Origin: Hydrolagus colliei
Lineage: Eukaryota
DNA length: 64,000 nucleotides
Assembly: GCA_035084275.1 (NCBI GenBank)
Contig: CM068758.1
Location: 5,704,001-5,768,000 of the forward strand
Reading direction: 5' to 3'
Under the pieces are notes generated by a model. It saw only the letters and a list, made by a program, of their open reading frames with translations, did no database searches and was not told where the DNA came from. Below, in pieces: positions 24,876-39,251 of this stretch. Made by a program: the position numbers and the translations under genes. Each line of letters begins with the position of its first letter. Positions within the stretch are counted from its first letter, which is position 1.

Positions 24876-27719
24876 CAAAATAGACTCTGGACTTAGAACA
24901 AGTCCAATTGCAGTCTTGATCCATTTGGAGGGAATGATGGGGGGAAGGGTAGAGAAAGAGGCAGAACAAAAATCCCAATTACTATAGTTAAACCTTATAC
25001 CTAGACATAATATAAAGTACAGCTGTTCTGCAGATATCAGACAAGCCTGGAAACTGTTAAGTTGCTCTGTAGTGTACAATATGAAATGTAATGAAAGTGC
25101 GAGGAATTTGGGGAATGTTGGAACATTTTGAAAAGGAATGCCGTGCAGCTTTGATTTTATTTTCTTCTGATGACTTTGAATCATAGTCAAATTTGGCCGA
25201 CAGTAAAGGAATATTGTCTGCTCGAATTAACAGGAGAACAGTAATAAGCGTGCTGGGTCAATGTGCTGTGTCAGTGAGATTGGCAAACAAACTGTTCATT
25301 AAAGTGAGCGGGGGAAGCCGAACCAGCAACAGGGAGGCAAAGCTATACAGATTCAAGCCTCTTCCAGGCCAGATGCAGTTAAAGCGTAGACTCAGATCAC
25401 TGCTTTCCCTGCTTGGGTTGAATTACAAAATGGCAGAAAAAGATTGCAGGAACCCTGTGAGGGTAACACTAAACTGGTCAGGATATGCAAATTAAATAGT
25501 TAATATGGAATGATTGCAGCATCCGTTTCTGTGTAGACTGCAAGACTTTGGGGTTAATCAGTTTTGATTTTTTAGGAGTTAATGTGCTGGATTGGGAAAG
25601 TCAACCTATTCCCATCTAACCACAAGTAAATGATCAAAAATAGATGGTACAAAATGGTTACATTACAACAACAGCAACTTGCATCCCAGAGCGCATTATA
25701 TTAAATGCGAGTGGATATCACCCATTCTTTTTCAGGAACTAAAATGTAGAGGATCTCAAATCCATGGAGCTGCTGAGCTTTCCTTTTTGACCTGCTATTA
25801 ATTGATGGTGAGGTGTTCCCCTCCTGGTCAAATACCTCCACTTACTCTAGCCACACACACGAACAACAATAACTCGGTGAGGTAGGTGTCAGAGAAAATC
25901 TCAAAGCTGTGAAACCATAATAACAAAATAATCCTTGCATTTCATATACAGCCTGTAACACTAAAAGTCTCAAAATGTTTCACAGATAACTGGTGTTAAG
26001 TGTAGTAACTGCATAGTGACTGTGTAATTGTGGGCAAATTCAGGAACCAATTTGCACCCAGCAATGAAGTGAATAACAACTGGAGTGGCAACATGGACTA
26101 CGAGCTCATGTTAGGACATCAATCAACTTTCTTATAACACAGAAGCAAGAGTTGCTCCCAACTGAGCAAAGCTGACTCTTAGATCAGGAGAGAATATAGA
26201 TGAATGAGATCAGGATGAGATACAGGTAGAAGAGCAGGTAGAAAATCAGGAGAGAAACGTTCTGAGGCACAATGACCATAGCTGCATCATTACAACACCT
26301 GAAAGGTAGAGAAAGAAAATAGACGTCTATTTTAAAGGAGTATTTGGACAAGACTAAAAGACGGGATAGTCAGTCACCTGCAGACTGCAGACCTGTGGAT
26401 ACAAAGTCATCAATGCATGGCTGAGTGAACAGTAGGCAGCCATTAAGGGAGAGGGAAGAGGTGGAGCTATATTTTAGGTCTCTATTGGGCATACTTTCAG
26501 GGAGATTGGAGCTGAGGAATTGAAGCACAATAAGGCCTAGGATAATAATAGTCCTGCGCAGTTTACTTGTACAGGCAGCATGCAAGAGTAGTTGGCTCTA
26601 TTCTCTAATCATGGAGATTCATGAAAACACTTTGAAACCGAATACATCACGCCACCCTTTAGAAGATGAAGTTCAATTTCATGTCTTCATGAAATGCACA
26701 TGGATAGTGCCTAGATGGTGTGTGTGTGTGTGCTTGTGCTCTATAAATTCCATGGTATTGACTGTACGTCTATAAAACCCACCATTCCTGTAAAAAAAAT
26801 CACATGTCAATTACTAATTTATTGGAGGCAATATTTCCTGGTTTAATCATAATTTCCTCCCTAATTGCCTATGTTAATTACTTTTCAAAATACAGGGGAG
26901 GACTTGCTGCTTATAAATTCTCCAGTGAAGGCAGATAATTTGCCTCAATGACATTGCTGCCCCAGATAGAATTGTTCACTCATTTCATAGTTTTATGGGT
27001 GCATTTGCGGTGAGCAAATTTGCTACCAAATTTGCCTACATATACTACACTACACTTTACATGATATCCTGTGTAGCACTTTGAGATGTCCTCCCAATGT
27101 GAAAGTATTAGTAATAGGCTTTCCATCCCTGTGGTAAAGGCAAGGTTGACGACTGCCAAACTCAACAGACTAGAAGACCTGATAATGAGTTGGGGAGGGA
27201 GGGTGCGTTGGGGTGGGTCAGTGGGGACGAATTATGCAACTGCTACAGAAAAAGGCAATACTGGTGATTTGTTGAAATTCCCCTGGGATATTTCTCTCGC
27301 ACACACAAATAGGGAAACTGATCACATTTACAAGATGTGAATATCTGACATTGCCCTCTCAAATGGAGGCATTACTAATTGCATTGATGTCAAGTAGACA
27401 CGTAGTTGGAAACAAAACTTGGCAGAACGCCAAATAAAAGAATGAGAAATTAGACATCAGATGTGAGGAGGAGAGCATCTATGATCCAAAAGTGGGGATC
27501 AATATTACCACTGTCATGGAAACAATCTGAAATAAACACACAGGATTTATTCTTTCACGTTACGGGATGTTAGGATCATCTTTGAGCAGAGTGGGATCGA
27601 AGAAGTTAGGAAACGATCCTGGCTACACAGTAACCAAATGTTGAATAAATTCTCTAAACGTCGATGGGATATTATTAGGTTAATTCCAGAATTTTATGGG
27701 GCAGAACATGAGGAGAGAC

Positions 27720-29310
27720 AACCCTAGCACTTTCCTCAAAACAGCCACTATCATTCCCAACCTGAAGAAAACTTCTCTTGATGCATCACAGCTCTCCAAC
27801 TACCAGCCCATCTCCAACTTCCCTTTTCTGTCCAAAGTCCTTGAAAGAGTCATTGCTTCCCAGCTTCGCTCTTTCCTGTCCTCCCATTCCCTCCATGAGC
27901 CCCTTCAATTGGGCTTCTGTGCTGCTCACTGCATGGAAACTGCTCTGGTCAAGGTCACAAATAACATACTGACCATCTGTGACCAGGGCTCCCTCTGTCT
28001 TCTGGTTCTCCTCAACCTATCTGCCGCCTTTGACAATGAAGACATTCACTTCTCCTCCACCTCCTCTCCGGCTACTTCAACCTTCAAGGTTCCGTCAATG
28101 ATTGCTTCAGGTCCTATCTTTCCAACCTTCTCACTTTGTGTCTGCCAACGGGTTTTCTTCCAGCCCCCATATCGTCACATGCGATGTTCCTCAGGGTTCT
28201 GTCCTCAGACCCCTCCTCTTCACCCTCTACATGATCTGCCTTGGTGACATCATCCACAGACATGGGGTAAATTTCTACTTATAAGTGGATGACTCAGCTC
28301 TTCCTCTCTGCCTTCACCCTTAACTCCAGGACTACTTTCAGCACCTTGAGATGTCCTCCCGATGTGAAAGGCGGTCTATAAATGTAATTTTGTTATTGTT
28401 GAACTAGTGTCCTGACTGCATGCCAACACTAAGTCCTGGACAAGGGACAACTTTCTCCAGCTCAACGTTAGTAAGACCAAGGCCCCCTGATTGGCTCACA
28501 CCAGCGCCTTCGCACCTCAGGTGCTGGCAGCACTGGCATCAATGGCTGCACACTTCACCTCAGGAAGCCAGTCAGGAACCTGGGTGTCTTGGTTGACTCT
28601 GAACTGTTCTTTCTCCCCACATCCATGCCATGAACAGCACTGGCTTCCACCACCTCCACCACATTGCCCAACTCCGCCACTGCCTCACCCTTCAGGCCTC
28701 TGAAACCCAGACCCATGCATTTGTCACATCAAGGCTTGACTACAGAAACTCCCTTCTCGTCGGCCTTCCCAACTCTTCCATTCACAAGCTGCAGATCATC
28801 CAAAACAGTGCAGCTCATGCCCTCTCACACACCAGGCTCTGCGACCCATCACTAACACCCTTGCCCAGTTCCAATTCCATTGTCCCATCCTCCAGAGGAT
28901 AGAATTCAAGATCCTCATCTTCGCTTTCAAGGCCACCCATGTCCTTGCCCCCTCCTACCTCTCCGACTTGCTGACTCCCTACCAACCTGCCTGCTCCGTC
29001 CGTTCAGCGCCCGACCCACCCTACCATCGGTGGCCAGGCTTTCAGCTTCTCTTCCCCTGCACTCTGGAATTTGAACCCACAGTCCCTCCCCCTCACTTCC
29101 TCCCTGGCCTCCTTTTTGACCGTGCCTTCTGCTGCCCTCCCACCTCTCTGCCTCCCCTAACCCCTACACTGCCCTCCCTCCCCCTTGCTTGGTGTTGGGA
29201 TTTCTGATCCTGAGTTTTTCCCAACATCGAGTTCTGACCCCTGACTGTTCAGAGCCTTGGGTCTCCTCACGATGTGAAAAGCATTCTATAGATGTAATTT
29301 TTTTTTGTTA
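27720..29310 (+). mobile_element. 5'-truncated L2-clade LINE, frameshifted reverse transcriptase plus 3' UTR and tail
   Basis: ORF pieces [53 protein letters not shown] and HAFVTSRLDYRNSLLVGLP..KLQIIQNSAA are L2 ORF2 motifs. Ends in tgtgaaaagcattctatagatgtaatttt. Confidence 0.93.
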
Positions 29311-29889
29311 TTCATTATGATCACTGGAAGCAAATTAGAATTTATAATTTGTTTTATCTAAAGGTGAGACAGCACCCTTGTTCCCTGGTTTATATATGCC
29401 ATGTACCTCTCATGGAAAAATGAGAAAAAGAAACCTGATGATGCTAAATTCATATTGATTCGGGATTTTCACCAAATGAACAATAATCACTCCCAAATAA
29501 TTTCCCTTCTCCTGTGTATTCCCTGAGCCCCAATGTGAAATCAACCAAGAACTCCAGTACAATTACCACTATTTAAATCTGGCCTCCTTTCCTCCCCAGA
29601 CAGCATTCCAGGAATCATTCTGTTCTGTAGATCTCAATTTACACCGATCTGTGTGTTGTGAAGCAGATATGTATTCATTTTTTTCTTAAAAAGAAGTTAA
29701 TCAAACCAACATCAGCTGCTCATTTCCATCCACAAACCTGTGAATATGTGGGGAGGATATTCAACTAAACTATATTTCCCTTTATATTTGTTAGTTTTAA
29801 ACCAATATCGCTCGAGTTGTGCCCTCACCGTCTAAGTCAAGTTGTCTGCTTACATCATTTATGTCTTTCATTATCTTAAAGACCTTAAC

Positions 29890-30135
29890 ATAGCTCCTCA
29901 TAATCTTCATTCAGCTGTGAGTCTTATCTCGTAATATAGAGTTTGGTGTCGCAGAATTATCTTGTTGCTCTTCTTCAAACCATCTGCAATACTTCAATGT
30001 CCTTCTGATAGTACAGAGCCTAAAACTAGTATACACAGTATTCCAAATGTTACTTCATCAATGATATATGCAGGGTTAGAAAAAGTTCATTCAACTTAGT
30101 CTAATACCATAAATGCAACTCAGCATTTGATTTTA
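29890..30135 (-). mobile_element. Old CR1 3' fragment
   Basis: caaaccatctgcaatacttcaatgtcctt..tacacagtattccaaatgt is the reverse complement of an HLEYCV-like region and downstream sequence. Confidence 0.55.
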
Positions 30136-32189
30136 TGCCTCGTATGTCACAAGGACATAGCAAGAGCCCAGACATTTTAATTACATGTTCATAATAATAG
30201 ACCCAGTCAAATACAAGTGCAATGTAGAGCCTCCTCAATTACACCATGAAAGGCAAATTATAAACTGAATTTAAATGGACTATTTGAAACCGTCCCAATA
30301 CATTTCACTTCACACAGAACACTTACAGCCAGCAGGGAGTGGAGGCTTTCATCTTTTTAGTCTGGATTGGATTCAAATCCAGTAACGAGAGGCAAAAAGG
30401 CCAGCGTGCTAATCTTTTGTGCCAAACCTACATGTCACTCAATTGCTGTGGCACTCTCATGTCTGCCAAGCCCTCCACACACCTCTCTCCAGGGGTGACC
30501 AGTGAAATTATACATTTTGAGCAGCTTGAGACACCTTCTTCAGTCTCTTCCCCACCCCACCACCCCTAACCAAACTCCCCCAATAAGGAATTAGACAGCA
30601 GCTGCACAAGTTCAAAAGTTAGAGTGTGGCCTTGCTGCTGATAAATGTTGCTGGCCTGACGTTTGTGTGGTCTTTGGAACAGCCTATTTAAATGGATGGA
30701 ATCGGGAGGTGATAATAAAGCAACATAGCTCTAGTGAATAGTTGTGAGTTTTACTGGCCTTGTAAATTATGCTGCATTCCTCCAATAGAATTATGATGTT
30801 ATGAAAGCCACAAGTGGATATAATGGTGCTGCAGTTATGATTTACAGTTTGGAGTTGTCCTATTGTGGGAAACACAGCTTGTACTCCTCAGTCTTTGGGC
30901 ACAATGTACGATGGTTTGCACCATAAGAGTCAGTGAAATGCAGTTAGAGGTACTGCGTGTAGTATGGGCATATAACCAGACATCAAGGCTTCCCTTCCTA
31001 AATCATATTAAATCTTATTAATGGATCTTTATGGCTTTTGTTTTGCATCCGTTGAACAGGCAGATCACAGAATTTGCCTCCTCCTACCCCCCCACCCACC
31101 CACCCCACCCTATTGTACTAATATCTGGGTAGACATAATGTCTTAGGATGCACAAAATGTGGTCACAGATGCTGCCAGCATCATAGGTTTCATCTCTCAA
31201 TGATCGTAACCCAAATGGCAGTAGTTGAGGAAGTGCTGCCTCTACAAATAATCCTTTCTTTGATCTCTTGCATTCAACAAAATCAAACACTTCTGTGGAT
31301 AACTGGATTTCTCCTCCTTGCTTTCCCCCAATTTCAAATTTGGTTACATTTTCTACTACTCTCAGATGCTAGAACTACGCCTCAGGTTTCAGAATTTCAG
31401 AGTGGATTCAATTAGAAGGTAGTTGGTTTCATCAAATCCACAAGGTTTCCAACCAAGTTGAGATTTCCATGCATCCCACCTATACATGGAGATCTCAGAG
31501 ATGGGTTTGTTGGAATAGAATTCTCCCCTGGAGAATTCATCTTATCTAATTCTGTTGTTTGGAGCAGATTGGAAAGAACCAAGGTTTGGGGTCCCCAGAG
31601 TGTGCATTGGGATAACTGCTGGAGTCTAACAACGAAAACCGCACAGCTTACCATCGATATTCCTGTCCAGCAAACTTTTCCACTTGTCCGGCTTGTACCA
31701 TACTACTCGCTAGTACTTTGGTTATCCAAGGTTAACAGGAACCGAATGGATTTGAATTTGAGAGAAAGGCTGGGAACCATCAGTCGGGCAATGCTGCTGC
31801 ATCAACACATTGAACCTGTGGTTGTTGCTCCCTGCAAATGTCAGTTTGCAGGTCTCCACCAGTGTGTTGCTGACCTGCCTGACTGTAGATGTGAGAGATG
31901 GCTCCAAGCAGGCTCAGAAAGGAATATTAGCCACCATACCTCACAGCTCACAGCATGGCTGTCGTACGTCACAATATTTAAAGGAGTAAAACAGAAATAC
32001 TAGATCAGCATGTTGTTACCCTGAACAGCTGCTGACTCTGTACAATGCCACATTCCAAAGTATCAGTCAATCTTCACACATTGCAGCTATTCAGCAAGAC
32101 GCAGAGATACTCAAAACAATCAAATTGCTAAGACACACAGCATTTGCATAGGGAGGAATCGATTGGGAAGTGATGCAACACAAACTGTG

Positions 32190-32580
32190 TGACTGGGCAG
32201 GAGAATGAATTAACACAATGTCCTTTCACCTCTGTACCTGGATTTGAACCCAGACGACTAATGGGACACCAGTCTCCAACTTCTGGCTGTTGGAAATCAG
32301 ATCAGACTCACCCAATTCCTAATGTGTGCATAAATCTACCACAAATTCAGGACTAAACTGGCAAAAATACTCAAAAGCACCCAAAGACGACTGCAATGGG
32401 AAATGGAAATGTCATATTGGTACAGCAAGAGTTACTCTCCTGAGTTAAGGGGCTAAGGCAGATAGTTGGAGTAAGGACTTTGGATGTAAATGCTGTACCT
32501 GACCTTGGCGCAGTTGTGGCAAAAACACTGAATGTGTTCCATTTCCCAGCACAAACCTTCGCTGCATTAGTAAATAAAAA
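32190..32580 (+). mobile_element. LF-SINE-like ancient SINE
   Basis: cctttcacctctgtacctggatttgaacccag head, ccaattcctaatg, ggggctaaggca and tgctgtacctg occur in the order recalled for LF-SINE. Related 3' fragments near 1590-1750, 8530-8700 and 18155-18350. Confidence 0.55.
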
Positions 32581-32925
32581 TTTGTTATCTTGATAGGTTT
32601 TTGGAAAATCGTCTCATGCACCTACAAGGAACTGACAGAATGGTGAGCCAGAGAGCTAGATCTCAGGCATTTCACACCAGGATCACGCAACCTAATATCT
32701 CCATGTCATAAATACCAGCATTTGACAGGTGAAATGCAGGATGAAGCCAAGTATTTCAAGGGAGGTCTGGGGGGGAAATACATTTTGCAGGCGTTATCTG
32801 TTAACTTTGCAAATGATTTTTTTGAGAACAAAAAGGAAGTACTATATGTCATCGTCTATGTTTCTGAAATTTAATTGAAATTTTGGGCTTCATTTTATGG
32901 ATTTGAACACTTCATACTCTGTATA

Positions 32926-33150
32926 CACTAAAAGCCCATTTATCCGTCACCCAATAAACCGTAACTTCCATATAACCGGCACCTCAAAAAAAAGTCCGCA
33001 TTCGATTAACCGGAATTTATTTGGAAAAATGCATTATTTAAAAAAATGTATTTTAAAAAATTTTGGGTGTGTTTTCAGATGAATATCCGGCAGGCACTTT
33101 AACCAGCATTGGCCAGGTCCCGAGGGTGCCGGATAAACGGGCTTTTACTG
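32926..33150. mobile_element. Tc1/mariner (pogo/Tigger-like) MITE, ~225 bp
   Basis: Left TA|cactaaaagcccatttatccgtcacc versus right-end reverse complement cagtaaaagcccgtttatccggcacc (23/26). Internal repeats of the accgg/atccg motif. Confidence 0.8.
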
Positions 33151-34006
33151 GACTTGGCAAGTTGAAGGATAATTTCTCTGTCAACCCAACTCAACCGTTC
33201 TTTCCTTTGTTCTTGGCTTTCATTTTGAAATGTAAGAACATACAACACCAGCAAAGACCATTGCTGTCTATCAGTCTCGTCCCATTGTCTTATATATATC
33301 TCTCTCTTGCTTGTTATCTCTCTCATATTCCAATCCTCACTTACATCCTGTAAACCAACCTAATTCTTGGCTCACTATCCTGAGCTCAAGTCCATGAACC
33401 CATGACTGGATCAAACAGTGTGGGGGTCCATCTTATCTATACCCTTTAATCTTCGTTTAACCAGTGTAAACACTTCTATTTTTGCAGTTCCCTCTTCATA
33501 CACCACACTGGGCATCCCATTTCATTGCAGTTGTTTAATTCTGATGTTTGAGAAAATATAAACAGTGTTTTCCTATGGTTGGAATAAAATCATTTAATTA
33601 CTCTATTTCCCTCCTCAACCTTTCCTCTCCGATAGGTGCTGACATGAGCTGTTGTATGACTCCACAGGCCTGGTCACACACAAATGGCTGTTCCTTATGT
33701 TTCATCAATAACTGTTGGTAGTTTCTTTGGGACATTGCAGATGAGCCCTCAAGCAACCCAACATGTCCAATGAAAATACTTCAGGGAGGGGTGGACAATG
33801 GAACCTTACCTGCACTTTTTCTTTCTTAATCGAGGAATACTGAAGCAATTGCAGTGCTCTCAACTGAGATCAGTTATCTAAGGGATTAACCAGGTACTTA
33901 ACCTGGGACATATAGCTGTCTGAAGTCCATAATCATTATTTCGCTCGCCAGCTGAGCTGAGCTTAGACACCATCTGTGATGTGGTGCAATATGATTTGGT
34001 TTTCTA

Positions 34007-34249
<243 letters not shown>

Positions 34250-34692
34250 TTACATTGGTACATCCAGAGCCCCATCGGCAGAGGTATTCACTGTGGAGGA
34301 AGTAAAGTCACTGAATCATTTATACACTTGGGGGGGCTGTCATTTTTACAATTGTAACAGTGAAGAGTTTGTGAAACACAGCAGATTTTCAAGTTCATCA
34401 ATGTTAACTCTTTCTAATTTCAGGTGCTTGGTACTAGTACCAAGTACAGCACACCTCGCAATTAGCAACCTACATATAGCAAAATGTCTCGGCTGCCTTC
34501 ATCTGCTCTATCCCCACAATATACCGATCTCAAGATTGCGACCGTACAGCACAGTGTGATATTTATATTTCCCCAAACTAAGAACTTTTATGACAATTCT
34601 GGATGAGATTGTTAATTTGTCCCAGCCACATATTTTGAGACCATATTTTGTCATGCGTTGCCAAATGAGGCGCAACAATTACGGATGTGTAA

Positions 34693-34915
34693 GTGTCCTG
34701 TAGCTCAGTGGTTAGAGCACTTGCCTTACAAGCGAGAGACTTGGGTTCAATTCCAGGCAGGGCGAAACCTTGGGCAAGTTTCCTTACTCCACATACCTAA
34801 TAATAATCCCTCAAAAAGAAACAATAATAAATTGGTCATTTCAATCCACGACTGTTTGTGGGACGCTGCTGTGCACAATTGGCTGCCGTGTTTTATCCAT
34901 ATTTTCACCCACCCG
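34693..34915 (+). mobile_element. Family A SINE with well-preserved tRNA-like head, internally deleted
   Basis: gtcctgtagctcagtggttagagcacttgccttacaagcgagagacttgggttcaattccaggc continues directly into SINE body, so it is not a tRNA gene. Confidence 0.85.
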
Positions 34916-37221
34916 CAATTTTCCCCCCACTGAATTGGCCGTGGAGATTTTCATTCTTCTGTTTGTTTGCACCTCACGTTGGTGACCAAGTGGCCAACAG
35001 CAGGAGAGATACGCTGGCATACATTGTGCAGGAAGTAGGGTGAGAGCATTTTCTCTGGGGGATCTTTGTTTCTGCTCCTTCCAATCTATGTATCATTCCA
35101 CCTCTCCCCTTAGTGCAGCACACAATAACCCAGATAAATGCTGCATTACTCCTGCATTACAAGAAAAGATATGGAATACCCCGCATTCTCATACAGATGT
35201 TGATTCATTATACATTTCTACCATACTCTGTTTTGTCGTGTAAATCTCTACATAATTATACTAATTGGACATGGCAAATTAAAGAAATAACTGCAATTAA
35301 ATCCCTGCCACAAGCTATTTGGCATCCACAGGTCTCAATGTACTGCCATCAAGCCATTTCTTCTGGCAGACTTCAGTATTGCAGGAAGTTCTTTGGGTAA
35401 AAGGAGACAACAACAACAACAAAATTACATTTACAGAGCGCCTTTCACATCAGGAGACAACCTTTGCCACAACCAGATCCTAGTCCAGGAAATGCTACAG
35501 AAATGCCATCAGCAACAAACCAAACAAAGGAAAAAGAAAAGGGGGGAGGAATGGCTCTGCAATAGGGAGGGGCAAAAGGAAATCAGCCAAGGTGATGTTT
35601 GCTGAAAAATATGCATGTGGATATTGGACAAGAGTAGGATCAGATTGAGACACAATGATACAGTCAAATACCCTGGCAACAGCATGTTGGCTCACATAGG
35701 AAGAATGACCATTCAAGAAGTATGCAGGCTCCATGGACCAGCTTGATTTAGTCTGTTCTAGAGAGGCAACAGAGAAACTTAGAGGAGAAAATAATAGTAC
35801 AAAGGTAAAGAGTATGGACTGGCTATTTAATGTAAAAAAAACTGTTTGTGGCATGCATGGTTTCATACTTTCACAATCCAAATTGTAATTTTAATTCCAT
35901 AATGTCACCCCTCAGGCAAAATCCCATTCAAGGCTGATTGAGAGATTTCTGTACCAAATTACATAAACATCGTCTCACTGACGTATTCTGCAGTGTTTTT
36001 ACAGGTCCACCATAGCATCCAGAGGCTAATCTCTTTCCTATGAAGGTAATTACTGGGTGGGTAATGAAAGCAGTTTGGAAATATTTGACAAGATCCATTT
36101 CATGCCCAGAATATTCTTCTCTGATTTATTGCAAAACCACAGACTTCTTTTCCACGAGCCAAGTGCTCTTGGCTGCCGCTGTTGTGCGGTCTGGATTAGC
36201 ACTGTCAACTCAACGTTCTCAGGACTGGAGAACAAAAGAGACGCCATTCCTCACTGCAAAACTGGTGGATGCAATCAATTAAAACAAAGGTTTCTTTTCC
36301 TCCCTTCCCCTTTCAAATTTGTACCCCTTCCCTTCTGGAAGCATCGGGGTTCCACAGTCTCAAGTACTGCAGGTTTGACTCAGGTCCACAATGTTCTGGT
36401 CCAGAGGCAACAACACCAGGGCCAACTGGCACTTGAGTTCTAAGTGTTCTGCATTTACTCAGGGTACACTGCAAATCAGGTCAAACAATGAATCTACTTC
36501 TATCGCAACATAGTTTATGGAGCTTAATCATAGAACCATGGATATTTACAGCACAGAATGCCATTTGACCCATTATTTCTGTCCTTGCTCTATTAAAAGC
36601 AACGCTTTCTGTCCAATACGTTTAACCCGATTGAAGTGGGATACAGTTATATTTGGTAGAAACTTCTAAATTGTCATTGAAAATGGGTAAATCCACAGCC
36701 CTTAGGGCACAAATGAGGAATCAATGGGGTGTTTAAAAGGGAGAAAGTTATTTGGAATATAAATGTATTAAGAGATGAAGAAAGAGCAGGAAACAGCATT
36801 AAAAATATGAGGAGAGGCAGCAATCCAATTAAATTGCACAGCAGGCTCAAGAGACTGAATGGCCTACCCCTGTTCTTATGTTCAGATTAGATATTTTGGA
36901 AGCATTGGTCTCACAAATGACTCCATTTTGGCTTAATTTCCTTCAGCTCTAATCTTGATTATAGTGCAATTCGCCAAGCTGGAGGCGTTGGGGGGGAGGA
37001 GGTGAGGAGACCAGAGCCAACAAAACGGAGGAGGCGGGTGGTAGAGTGGAGATTGAGTAGGTCGGAGAGGTATGGATGGGAACTTACAGACAATGAAGCA
37101 CATTACCAAGATCACAGACATGGCTATTTGTGGGACATTGCTGTGTCCAATTGTACTGCAACGGTTGCCCACAAATACCAGAGTGCAGCACCCAATCAAA
37201 AAGAGTGAAAGAAGCACAAAT

Positions 37222-37385
37222 AAATAATAACAATCGTAATTCTTGCATTTCATGTAGGGCCTTATCGTGTCATTGAGACGTCTCAAAGCTCTACACAGAA
37301 TATAATGTAAAGTGGATTGACTGTGTATATTGAAGGCAAAGCATGAAAGCCAGTTGCACACAACAGTGTCCCACAAACAATAGGG
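37222..37385 (-). mobile_element. Family A SINE 3' fragment
   Basis: Same tail motif and cagttgcacacaacagtgtcccacaaac. Confidence 0.8.
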
Positions 37386-38636
37386 TAACAATTAATTCTT
37401 AATAAATTGTAAGAAGTAATAGTTAAGTAGCATTATGGGTTTAAAAGCATATAATTTGTTGCAAGAATAGGGAATTTCTGAGGGAAATGAGGAGTTTCAC
37501 AACATTGAGATACTGTTACAGTTAAATTAACCATCCTCACTGATTCAACTCAACAAACAAAACATTGCATTTGATATAATGTCTTATCCCACTGAAACAA
37601 CTCAAAGTACTTTGAAGTGTAGTGACTATTATTTAAAACAGTCAGCTAATCTGCACCATCAATGATAAATGTGGCTGTTTTTTGTAAAATTGAATGAGGG
37701 AATAATATTGGCCAAGATACTAGGAGAAATTCCTTCTTTCCTTTGAAATAGTGCCATGGGATCCTTGCAGACGAGACCTTGGTTGTAACATTTCATCAGA
37801 ATTCTCCCATTTCAGGAACTCAACGTTGACATCAAACTCCTAAAAAATAATGCTAATAAATTTGCACATTAAATGTAGAATAACACTCGCTCTCACCCAA
37901 AATCTCAGTAGGGCTTCTTTCTTCTACTGTATTCGTGTTATATTTCCATTTCCCACATCATCTGACCGCCAAGTAAGATTGTCAATTTAGTATATACAGT
38001 AATTAGGAACGGATGAGGGATTGGATTAGAACTCCTTTGGAACACGGATGAGGGATAACTGGACGATAAAACTTTCACCCCAGTGGTCTGATGCATTTGA
38101 TCCCAGAGGTGCAATGTCACTGTACTTACCCGATGCACCAGGTAATTTCACTGCTAATGATAGTATCAGCCATTTCCCAGAGTCTGCTCATAGTTGTTCT
38201 GGAGCCAGAAGAGAGAATAACCAGAAAGTGGGATTAATAATGAACGCGGGGGGAATTTAGAGCACCAGCAGCAGCGGCACTGATACAATGGGCCGAATGC
38301 TGTGTAGAAAATAACTGATTCCGAATATGAATATTTATCATTAGAAATAATTATAAATGGGACATACTGTATAAGGTGTTTGCCCCATTGTCATTATGAG
38401 CTTTTGCAAGAGTCCTGAGGTGCACAAAGACAAAACTAATGGCAAAGTATTGCAGATGCTGGTATAAATACAGAAGTTGCTGGGAACAACCAGGTTAGGC
38501 AGAATCCATGGAGAGAGGAAAATGAGTTAACATTTCAGGTCTATGACCTTTCGTTAGACCAAAACAATATTGGAATGAAGAAAAGTTTCAGATTTTTCTT
38601 TCAATTTGCGACCACTGATCTTGTTTGTTCGCTGTT

Positions 38637-38812
38637 AATAATAATAATCATCCTTGCATTTGATATAGCGCTTTTCATGTCTTCTAGACGTCTGAAAGCG
38701 CTGCACAGAATATACTGTGAAGTGAATTGACCACATATTTGTGGGTGCAACGCGGCAGCCAATTGCACACAGCAGTGTCCCACAAATAGTCGTGGATTGA
38801 AATGAACAATTA
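38637..38812 (-). mobile_element. Family A SINE 3' half
   Basis: atccttgcatttgatatagcgcttttcatg..gcagccaattgcacacagcagtgtcccacaaatagtcgtggattga. Confidence 0.85.
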
Positions 38813-39251
38813 ATTATTGTGCTTGCATTGCACAAATTCAACTGTTAAGAGGTGTTTAGCATACCCGCTGTTCTGTTCCAGCTGCTGACAGCAGGCCAAG
38901 GTGGGGGTACTGATCACCATTTGTTGATAACTCAAACTTCTTGGTATCTCTGAGCCAATGCAGCAAATGTGGTCCAAGGCAATAGACAGACAAACTTCCC
39001 TGAGATCTCTGCTTGTGGTGCTCTACCATGCCTGAAACACTTTACTCACTGTCCCTCCCCTCCCGAGGGAGAAATCTGGCATACTTATAGCATCTACTCA
39101 TTATAATGAACTCAACCACAGTGGGAATGAAGTACAAATGCACCAATCTGCTCCCCCCCCCACCACCCAAATCACTGTAAATCACCTTTCAAAATAAAAT
39201 GCTCCGTTTTAATAACAAAGCCAATTTTAATACAACAGCTGGGATATATTT

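Noticed and set aside
26377-26419. Possible extra minus-strand exon (cag|CCATGCATT..CTGCAG|gtgact)
   Set aside because: 43 nt would shift the frame, the pyrimidine tract is weak, and the neighbouring netrin exons already join correctly.
27696-28902. Active reverse transcriptase gene
   Set aside because: Frameshifts, stops, a destroyed catalytic motif and a nested insertion mark it as a dead L2 copy.
31458-32003. 181-aa plus-strand ORF
   Set aside because: Non-ATG start, no domain motifs, and length compatible with chance in 64 kb.
34693-34765. Apparent tRNA-Val gene
   Set aside because: Runs straight into SINE body shared with many copies and has no proper acceptor stem or terminator; it is a SINE head.
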